DNA of 64,000 nt from a virus (taxonomy: Duplodnaviria > Heunggongvirae > Uroviricota > Caudoviricetes), in the IMG/VR virus record IMGVR_UViG_3300021399_000101, positions 1,630-65,629 of that record. One strand, 5' to 3'. Positions 1 through 7,056 of the stretch are shown here, in pieces. The position numbers were made by a program, and so were the translations under genes. Below the pieces are notes generated by a model. The model had not been told where the DNA came from, made no database searches, and saw only the letters and a program-made list of their open reading frames with translations. The stretch's first letter is position 1. Every line of letters starts with the position of its first letter.

Positions 1-489
1 ATAATCAGTATATTCGCGTGTAAGCTCTTCATATCTATTTGAACGCATGTTAGCAATTTTATTCTCGGCCGACTTTTTATATTTAAGGTATTCCTCTTTT
101 GTCATACCAAGAACTTCTTTTGGATAAAGAGCTTTTGATTTTTCCATGTAGGTTTTAGCCACCTGATATGGTGCGAGCGTTCTTTTCCTATAATCATTAA
201 TTTCCTTGACAAGAGATTTGCCATATTTTTTCTTTAAATATTTAAGAGCGCGCTTCTGTTCAGATGAAAGCTTATACACAGTTCCAGTAAGGTCTGACGT
301 TTTCTTTTTCTTAAGAGCTTTCTGCTCTTTCTTAACATCAGAGAAAATATCTTCTTCAAGAACAGGTTTCTCAAATTCAAAATCAACAGAATCAAAACAA
401 AAATAAGCAACTGCTGGAGTGACCAAGTAATCGCTTGGCGTATCATCATTATAAAGATTGTATCTTAAAATACTGGCAATATCAGTCAT
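1..489 (-). CDS. Partial (runs off window) basic/helical protein, possibly capsid-internal
   Basis: Own translation from ATG at 489: MTDIASILRYNLYNDDTPSDYLVTPAVAYFCFDSVDFEFEKPVLEEDIFSDVKKEQKALKKKK..., open to base 1. SD GAAGGA and an AAAGTTAATT motif lie upstream. Absent from the ORF track because it has no stop in the window. Confidence 0.75.
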   Translation of the reverse strand, partial: MTDIASILRYNLYNDDTPSDYLVTPAVAYFCFDSVDFEFEKPVLEEDIFSDVKKEQKALKKKKTSDLTGTVYKLSSEQKRALKYLKKKYGKSLVKEINDYRKRTLAPYQVAKTYMEKSKALYPKEVLGMTKEEYLKYKKSAENKIANMRSNRYEELTREYTDY

Positions 490-506
490 ATATGAAATTT
501 CCTTCA

Positions 507-1232
507 CTAATTAACTTTAAACCTATTGTTTAATATATTCTCTATGTCACTATATTCAATATAGGATATTCTTAAAATTTCAACATTATTTTCTTCGCAA
601 AGTTTATTTTTTAGTTCATCATTTTGTTTTGTTTTTTCAAAAACTTCTTTTGCTTCAATATCAGAATAATTACCAAATTTTACTGGTTTAAAATGTTGCT
701 CACCATCATATTCTATAACTAAATTATAATCAGGTAAATAAAAATCAGGTTTAAGCTTATCAAGAAATTTTAAGCTTTGCTTATTATATATATAATTTAT
801 ATGTTTATTTTCTAAATATTCTCTAATCTTGTTTTCACCCTTAGAACTTTTACATTTTGGACAACTTATTTTACCAGATAAAAAATCATGTGGCGTTTTA
901 TAAAAATCCCCATGCTTATAGCAAACAATACAAACAGGAGTATATGCGTTTATATAATTAACCTTAGAATAATCAAATTCGTTATTTATTTTTTTTTTTT
1001 TTCTTCGTCTATAAATTGTTGTGTGGTTTTTCTTTTTGAGCCTCCGCATATTTCACACCCCCTTCCATACAAATGCTTTGACGGTGTTTGCCAGAATTTA
1101 CCATGTTTAGGACATATAATACAAACTTTGGTATTCATATCAACATATTTTACTTCGGAATAATCATATTTTATCACCGTGAACTTGTTTTGCTTTTTCA
1201 ATAAATTCTTCTGTTGTTAATCTTATAGACAT
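507..1232 (-). pseudogene. Homing endonuclease with two DUF723-like Cys/His repeats and a C-terminal PD-(D/E)xK (DUF559/Vsr-like) nuclease, broken by two frameshifts
   Basis: MSIRLTTEEFIEKAKQVHGDK | YDYSEVKY...CIICPKHGKFWQTP..HL.G.GCEICG | NNEFDYSKVNY...CIVCYKHGDF...CPKC...KPDFYLPDYNLVIEYDGEQHF. Extra A in GATAAAATATGAT (~1170) and a 14-A run (989-1002). Confidence 0.8.
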
Positions 1233-1237
1233 AAAAA

Positions 1238-1275
1238 AAATTCCTTTGTAAGCCGCAACTCTTACAAAGGAATTT
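1238..1275 (-). promoter_or_regulatory. 15-bp perfect hairpin that occludes the SD of the endonuclease gene; also terminator-like downstream of uvsW
   Basis: AAATTCCTTTGTAAG-agttgcgg-CTTACAAAGGAATTT, then a T-run and ATG at 1232. Confidence 0.65.
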
Positions 1276-1321
1276 ACAATATAAAACATTGAAAATTACT
1301 TTTCAATTAACAATCTTAATC

Positions 1322-2701
1322 TTATTTTTGTAGGTTGCGGTCTACAATATTATCTTTAATTATTTCACTAGGAAATCCAACCTGCTTATAAATTTTAATC
1401 CTTTGTAATGAATGACGTTCACAAAACTTATTTCCAATATCATAAAAATCAAAAACAGTTGCTTTTATTTTCCCGTCTTGATTTCTTAAAGCCCTTCCAA
1501 GTGCTTGTGTTGCCTGTATATCGGAACAACCCCCACCAGCAATTATTAAAGTTCTTATAGAATTTAAACTTATACCTTCCGATAATATTCCATAACTTCC
1601 TATTAAAACTGGAATTTCTTTCCTTTCATATTTCTTAAATATGTCATCCCTGAATCCATTATCATCACGACCACTCAAAAATATGGAATTCGGAATCAAC
1701 CTATTCAATTCCTCTCCGTGCTCAATATTTCTGATAAGAACAAGAACCGGCTTTTCTGATTTTTCACACAGTTCCACAATCTTGAGATTTCTATCCTCAT
1801 TATGAACTATACAAATATCATTTGCAGTTGGCCAATCGGGCGTATTCCATTGTTTAATTGGAATAAAATTTATTTCCGGATAAACTATTACATTATGTTC
1901 TAGAAGCTCAGTTGCCTTGACTTCTGAAATTATGTCTCCACAAAATTGTTTGATTTTCAACCAATCAACATCATTTGTATCTGGAGTAGCTGAAAACCCA
2001 AATATGATTTTTGCCTTAGTTTTCTTAAGAAAATCCTGATATGTATTAGCTGCTGCATGGTGACACTCATCTATGATTATACAATCAAAACCTCTGTCTG
2101 ACAAAGCAATCGCCATCTGAGGAGTGGACACACATACAATCTCATTATCGTATGATTTCTTGGAGCCTGTCATAAGTCCCACATCAAGGCCGTATTTTTT
2201 TGCTCTATCATAAATCTGATTTGCCAAATCAACTTTAGGTGCAACTATTATTGTCTTCAACCCTGTTAATTTGCAGAAAGCCAAAAATATCTCAGTCTTT
2301 CCTGAACTGGTTACTGCCTTTATCGTACCCTTTGTTCTTTTAAGCATCTCTTGAATAGTACGAATCTGATGTTCAACATGCTCGAACTTAGGGTTGAAAT
2401 ATGAACGAAGTTCCTCGTAGCTGTAATCCCTCTGATAATCAAATTGTGTTATCCTGTTATCGACTGAAGTTACACGACCCTTTATGAATGGCTGCAAATC
2501 CTTAAGCAATCCTGTGAAGAACAGAATTCCAGCTTTATTTTCATAATAGAACTTCTCAGTCTTCACTCTATCAGCTTTGAACTTACCACGAACAAATCCA
2601 GTTCTTGGGTCTTTTTTAGAGAGGAACGACTTTATATCGTTCCTCTCGCTTTGAGTCAAATCAGTTAAAACACATCTTATATTATCAAGTATTAGTTTCA
2701 T
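1322..2701 (-). CDS. uvsW: UvsW-like SF2 DEAD/DEAH helicase
   Basis: Motif I AVTSSGKT, motif II IIIDECHH, motif III SAT, motif VI QALGRALR; next to UvsX and gp32. Confidence 0.85.
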   Translation of the reverse strand: MKLILDNIRCVLTDLTQSERNDIKSFLSKKDPRTGFVRGKFKADRVKTEKFYYENKAGILFFTGLLKDLQPFIKGRVTSVDNRITQFDYQRDYSYEELRSYFNPKFEHVEHQIRTIQEMLKRTKGTIKAVTSSGKTEIFLAFCKLTGLKTIIVAPKVDLANQIYDRAKKYGLDVGLMTGSKKSYDNEIVCVSTPQMAIALSDRGFDCIIIDECHHAAANTYQDFLKKTKAKIIFGFSATPDTNDVDWLKIKQFCGDIISEVKATELLEHNVIVYPEINFIPIKQWNTPDWPTANDICIVHNEDRNLKIVELCEKSEKPVLVLIRNIEHGEELNRLIPNSIFLSGRDDNGFRDDIFKKYERKEIPVLIGSYGILSEGISLNSIRTLIIAGGGCSDIQATQALGRALRNQDGKIKATVFDFYDIGNKFCERHSLQRIKIYKQVGFPSEIIKDNIVDRNLQK

Positions 2702-2955
2702 ATAAACTCTTCTAAATCATCAGTTATATCTGACAAATTTTCCAAAGCATACTCTATATCATAGTAACAATCTTTTAATTCTGTAATTAAGTTTGTTAAT
2801 TTTTCTGTTTTTTGTGGTAAGCCTATTGATATTTTTGCACCAACTTCAGAAAATCTAATATCACTGGAATTTAGCTCTGTGCCGTCATCAAACTTAACCT
2901 CATAATCTGGGCAATTAAACTCATTAAGTCTATCAATCAATTCTTTGACTGTCAT
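2698..2955 (-). CDS. Small hypothetical protein (MxVKELI-type N-terminus)
   Basis: ORF coupled to both neighbours; the N-terminus MTVKELIDRL resembles that of 53735..53956. Confidence 0.7.
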   Translation of the reverse strand: MTVKELIDRLNEFNCPDYEVKFDDGTELNSSDIRFSEVGAKISIGLPQKTEKLTNLITELKDCYYDIEYALENLSDITDDLEEFI

Positions 2956-4217
2956 TATGCCTCCAAAGCAGAAATCATATCATTTACATCAACAGAATTC
3001 TCATCAATCTCTGCTTCAGCAATTTCATCATCAATCATTGAATCAACATCACTTCCAAGTTTGCCTAGTTTTTCCTGCCTCTGATTCTCTTCCCAAGCAT
3101 CAAGAGCAGCCTGAAGCTTATCGACATTCTCAGACTCATTCTGCACAAACCTTGAAATGAAGTCTTTCTTATAGAACTTCTCTTCCCAAAGCGTAGGACA
3201 AGAATAATAGGCACCACTCTGAATTATAAGACCATAATCTTTAAGAAGTTTAAAAAGACCTGAATACTTGGCAAGACCTGCATTTGCTTCAAACACGAAT
3301 TGAACACGCTTGTTTTCAGTTCCAAATCTACTCTTTATAACAGAAGCATTAAGTGTCTTGAAATCAGTTCCAAGAGCTCCTGTTTTTCCTTCCTTGTTCT
3401 TCTTAAGCTCAGCATCTGACATATCATCATTTGCTGCAGTTTCTGCAAGACGAATTGTAAGCGAAGGATTATAAAGTGTGTTTACTCCTCCGGAAGCAAC
3501 CCATGGATGGTACTCATCGCCAAAATTAGTATAAAGCTTATTCGTGAAAATAAAACTTATACCAGTTCTTTCAAGTGTATTGTCAAAAGTTCTGAAGAAA
3601 CGGGCAAGTTCCTGCGCCTTCTTACCCATATCGGCAGTACCACCAAGCTCACGAACACTCTGAAGGTTTGCTATGCTGTCAAGAATAACTACAATATTTT
3701 TATCTCTAAGTTTTGGATTATAGGTAACCGTGTCAACTATTTTCTTAACAAGGTATGTTACACCTTCAGTATAAACATATTGGTCAGTTTCAAGTTTTGC
3801 AGGCATGTCCTTTTCAGCGACCGTCTCAACAGCCTGATTCTTCTTGTTTGTTCTATAACACTCAAATGTTGATGCTTTAAGGATATTTACTTTCCTAATA
3901 TCAACTCCAACATACTCAAGAAGTTCTCTTGAAACACCACCACCTTCTGTATCAATTATAATACCAAGGTCAATAGTCGGGTCTTTAAGAATATTACAAC
4001 AGAAAAGGGATTTACCAGTTCCACTCAGTCCATCAAAGCAGGTTATTCTTCCACTTGGTATTCCAGCTCTAAGATGCTTTGAAGCTATATAATTTATAGC
4101 ATAATTTCCAATATCAAACCAATGCTTTACTGGTTCAGGTTCTTTTATAGAATCTCCCATAGAAGCATTGAACAAATCCATTATATTTTCGCCAGTAGTT
4201 TCAACTTTCTTAGCCAT
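2955..4217 (-). CDS. uvsX: UvsX/RecA-family recombinase
   Basis: GIPSGRITCFDGLSGTGKS (Walker A), VVILDSIANL (Walker B), SGGVNTLYNPS, KSRF; SD AAGGAG. Confidence 0.9.
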   Translation of the reverse strand: MAKKVETTGENIMDLFNASMGDSIKEPEPVKHWFDIGNYAINYIASKHLRAGIPSGRITCFDGLSGTGKSLFCCNILKDPTIDLGIIIDTEGGGVSRELLEYVGVDIRKVNILKASTFECYRTNKKNQAVETVAEKDMPAKLETDQYVYTEGVTYLVKKIVDTVTYNPKLRDKNIVVILDSIANLQSVRELGGTADMGKKAQELARFFRTFDNTLERTGISFIFTNKLYTNFGDEYHPWVASGGVNTLYNPSLTIRLAETAANDDMSDAELKKNKEGKTGALGTDFKTLNASVIKSRFGTENKRVQFVFEANAGLAKYSGLFKLLKDYGLIIQSGAYYSCPTLWEEKFYKKDFISRFVQNESENVDKLQAALDAWEENQRQEKLGKLGSDVDSMIDDEIAEAEIDENSVDVNDMISALEA

Positions 4218-4329
4218 TTTTTCTCCTTAAAAAAATAATCAGCCCCCTGGAGCAAGGGAATTCTAACAACAAAGTGCTACTGCCATTCGGCAACCCAGCT
4301 TTATTCCGCTAGGGCTGATTAAAATATTA

Positions 4330-5217
4330 TTAGATTAATCCAGCAAGAAGTGAATCAAGCTCATCAGCTGCTGAAGGCTCGCTTGCTGTCTCTGCAGGTG
4401 CAGCAGGAATAAGCTCTTCTGTCGGCGTGAATGCTTCAGTTATAGAAGAAGCTGGAGCTGCAGCTACATATTGTTCTACAACACGAGCAGGCTTTGGTGT
4501 ACCGAAGAACTTTGAAAGTCCATCATTTTCCATTGCAATCGTCTTAATGTCATCAGCTGTCTTGAAGTTTATGAGAGAGTTGTAACTCATATTCTTAGCC
4601 TTTGTAAGAATTTCAACAATCTTCTGATTATCTTCTGCAATCTTTGATGTTATAGGCTTGAACGAAGATGCATCATAATTTGTATACATTCCTTCGCCTG
4701 ACTTTATAATATCAAAATCTCTTCCATCAAGAGGCCCAAAAAGGCTACCCCATTCCTTTGAGAGAATTGCATTCTTAACCTTTTCATAAATAGAGAAAGG
4801 AAGCTCATAGAATACAGGTTCTGTTGCATGGTCAGGATCATCTCTGACAATAAGTCTTACAACATATCTGGTCTTGCCTGAAATCTTCTTTGCCAAATCA
4901 ACAGCATCATCAGTCTTTGTGTTATAAAGAGTTCTTGCCATCTTGCAAAGAGGGCACTCACCAGCTGTATGCATGTTTCCATCTTTATCAACTGCCGTCT
5001 GATTAAGACACTCATAAGGTTGACCATTAACCCAGTGGACTCTGTGCTCAAAGTAAGGAAGCTTTTCTCCGTTTGCCTTAATAGGCGGAAGAATCCTTAC
5101 AGTTGTCTTCTGCTTTGTAGGTCTCCAGAAATTAGTCTTTTTCTCACTCTTTGAAACCTCATCAATCATGGAATTCAAATCAACAAAATCACTTAACATA
5201 GCATTTAAATCACTCAT
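4330..5217 (-). CDS. gp32: T4 gp32-like single-stranded DNA-binding protein
   Basis: FWRP...VRILPP...YFEHRVHW...YECL...CPLC Zn site; DGRDFDIIK...YTNYDASSF; acidic C-tail DELDSLLAGLI. Confidence 0.85.
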   Translation of the reverse strand: MSDLNAMLSDFVDLNSMIDEVSKSEKKTNFWRPTKQKTTVRILPPIKANGEKLPYFEHRVHWVNGQPYECLNQTAVDKDGNMHTAGECPLCKMARTLYNTKTDDAVDLAKKISGKTRYVVRLIVRDDPDHATEPVFYELPFSIYEKVKNAILSKEWGSLFGPLDGRDFDIIKSGEGMYTNYDASSFKPITSKIAEDNQKIVEILTKAKNMSYNSLINFKTADDIKTIAMENDGLSKFFGTPKPARVVEQYVAAAPASSITEAFTPTEELIPAAPAETASEPSAADELDSLLAGLI

Positions 5218-5249
5218 TTTTACTTTTCTCCTTTTAGTTAACTAACTAT

Positions 5250-5278
5250 ATTATAAAATACTTTGGCTTTTTTGTCAA
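5250..5278 (-). promoter_or_regulatory. Consensus sigma70-type promoter for gp32-uvsX-uvsW
   Basis: TTGACA (5278-5273), 17 nt, TATAAT (5255-5250); SD AAGGAG downstream. Confidence 0.85.
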
Positions 5279-5295
5279 GTATTTTTAGACATAAT

Positions 5296-5328
5296 AAAAA
5301 ACCCTAACCAGCTTTAACCAGTTAGGGT
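5296..5328 (-). terminator. Rho-independent terminator
   Basis: ACCCTAAC / GTTAGGGT stem followed by a T-tract on the minus strand. Confidence 0.7.
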
Positions 5329-5408
5329 ATATATAATGAAACTAATTTTATATATTTCAAAGAATTAATTCACTAAACTCACCGGTTTTTCACTGAAGTT
5401 ATTTACAT

Positions 5409-5441
5409 AATTATCTTAAAAGTTTTTAAGATTTTTGTCAA
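5409..5441 (-). promoter_or_regulatory. Promoter TTGACA-17-TAAGAT overlapping the recurrent TAAGATAATT motif
   Basis: TTGACA at 5441-5436, TAAGAT at 5418-5413. Confidence 0.6.
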
Positions 5442-5444
5442 GTT

Positions 5445-5636
5445 TTATTTTTGCGCCAATTTTCTCTGATGCTCTTTTTCCATCTCAATCTCTTCCTGAA
5501 CTTGCCGTATGTAGAATTTGAATTCATAAGGTTCGAGATTCTTAAGCTCATCCAAAGTAAATCCTTTTTTCAGAAGCCAATAATAATTACTCCTGATTAT
5601 GTTCAGATTCTCCCTGCTCATAACGAAACAGGGCAT
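5445..5636 (-). CDS. gp51-like hub-assembly catalyst / C-terminal part of the tail assembly chaperone
   Basis: NYYWLLKKGFTLDELKNLEPYEFKFYI..VQEE resembles the small ORF that follows gp26 in T4-like phages. Overlaps the upstream gene by 50 bp in the +1 frame; no SD. Confidence 0.6.
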   Translation of the reverse strand: MPCFVMSRENLNIIRSNYYWLLKKGFTLDELKNLEPYEFKFYIRQVQEEIEMEKEHQRKLAQK

Positions 5637-6570
5637 CTACGTTCAAATCAACGGAGCTCCCTTCAATTTCTTTACCGCATTTTGGACAGTTTGTATTGTT
5701 TACAATATGAGTAAGACCGTTATCAAACTGGGAATATTTAAGAATGACTTCTGAATCTTTATGAGGAAGATTGTTATAGAATATAACCCAATCCTCTTTT
5801 GGAACCTCTTCACCATTAGGATTTATTATTGCTATTGTTCTTGTAAAAAGAAAATCAGCAATTCCGACATTCTTTCTTTCCCCAAGAATCCAAGACATCT
5901 CTCTTATAGTTCTTATTCTTGGAATGCCAAGCAATACAGTATAATCTGTTGCTGGAAGGTCAACTCTTATAGGTTCACGGAATGTATCTGTATTTAATTC
6001 ATCAAATTTCTGTTCAGAAATCTTAATCTCATATTTGAATTCGTGACCGCAATGTGGGCATGTAATATTGAAGACAAATTTATCCGATATTGATATTTGC
6101 CTTAGATACATCATCAGATAATAGAAATCTGACACAACAAGGTCCATTGCATCAATATTTGATTTAAGGCAATTATTAAGTGCCATAATTGTAGCAGTGC
6201 CTTCGTTTATATATTTAGGCGTTGAGAGGATCTCTTCTTCTTTCATTGTAAGAGGATATATATATACATAACCTTCTCTTACGTCCTTATCGTCGCAGCT
6301 TTGATACGGAAGACCATTTGACGGAAGCTTTACTCTGTCAGCCGGAACAAATTCAAATTTTCTTGGATACTTTTCAAAGTGTTCGATTTTATAACCACTT
6401 GATACAAGTTCAGAAACTTTCTGTTCTTTTGTTTCTGATTTCTGTTCTGCTTTCTTCTCTGCCTTTGCCTCAAAAGATTCTATAGAAGGATTGCTTCCTT
6501 TTATGGCATTTAAATTTGAAATCTTGCTGATATCAATCTTTATCTCATCTTTTTTCTGTTCATTGTCCAT
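5587..6570 (-). CDS. gp26-like baseplate hub / tail assembly chaperone with two CxxC motifs
   Basis: PLTMKEEEILST, YLRQISI, CPHCG and CPKCG. Confidence 0.7.
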   Translation of the reverse strand: MDNEQKKDEIKIDISKISNLNAIKGSNPSIESFEAKAEKKAEQKSETKEQKVSELVSSGYKIEHFEKYPRKFEFVPADRVKLPSNGLPYQSCDDKDVREGYVYIYPLTMKEEEILSTPKYINEGTATIMALNNCLKSNIDAMDLVVSDFYYLMMYLRQISISDKFVFNITCPHCGHEFKYEIKISEQKFDELNTDTFREPIRVDLPATDYTVLLGIPRIRTIREMSWILGERKNVGIADFLFTRTIAIINPNGEEVPKEDWVIFYNNLPHKDSEVILKYSQFDNGLTHIVNNTNCPKCGKEIEGSSVDLNVDALFRYEQGESEHNQE

Positions 6571-6598
6571 AACTTTATGTTCCTATATAAATATAAGA

Positions 6599-6790
6599 TT
6601 CGGCGACGAGCGAAGCGAGGAGACGATTTCGGATTGAGCTGAACGTAGTGAAGCGAAAATCCGAAACTCTCAAAACTTAGTAATAGACTAGGTGTTTGGG
6701 CAGATCCCCCAGTACCTGCCAATCTAGCTTATTATTCAATTTTCAAGGACGCCCTCCGGATTACCATCCTCCGGGGCGTCCACCCTGCTT
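6599..6790 (+). other. Cluster of GC-rich ssDNA-type hairpins in a divergent intergenic region; candidate replication origin / single-strand initiation site
   Basis: C-GA-C-GA-GC-GAA-GC-GA-G-GA-G (6604-6622); TTTCGGATT-GA-GCT-GA-AC-GTA-GT-GA-AGC-GA-A-AATCCGAAA (6627-6666); two further stems at ~6685-6728 and ~6748-6781. Confidence 0.55.
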
Positions 6791-7033
6791 GTCTTCTTAA
6801 TTTTTATTTTTGCTACTTTCGCAATTGCTCAACTGACCTCGCGTTCTTCTTTCTATTCGCGTCTTCAATTTTCCTTGTCTTTTTTAACTTCTTAATTTTA
6901 TTCTGTTTTCTTTAGTTTCTTAAGTTTTAATAAAACATTAATTATATACGACACGTAAGACTTTTAATTTTGAAATTTGCAAAAATTCTTAATTTTTAAT
7001 ATTTTTGCTTAAGACATATGAAACAAAAGAAGT

Positions 7034-7043
7034 CAAGTTAATT
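7034..7043 (+). promoter_or_regulatory. Recurrent phage promoter-like motif (CAAGTTAATT)
   Basis: One of about 12 copies of HAAGWTAAW(T/A) placed just upstream of operon starts (see finding). Confidence 0.6.
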
Positions 7044-7056
7044 ACAGAGGAAAAGT

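Noticed and set aside
234-449. ORF-track calls 234..449(-) and 206..406(+)
   Set aside because: The better gene is the longer minus-frame ORF from 489, which has an SD and runs off the window.
4237-4320. tRNA-like cloverleaf
   Set aside because: No proper D-loop, T-loop (TTCRA) or anticodon geometry on either strand; kept only as a structured element.
6540-6722. 60-aa minus ORF across the hairpin cluster
   Set aside because: No SD; its composition is explained by the DNA hairpins.
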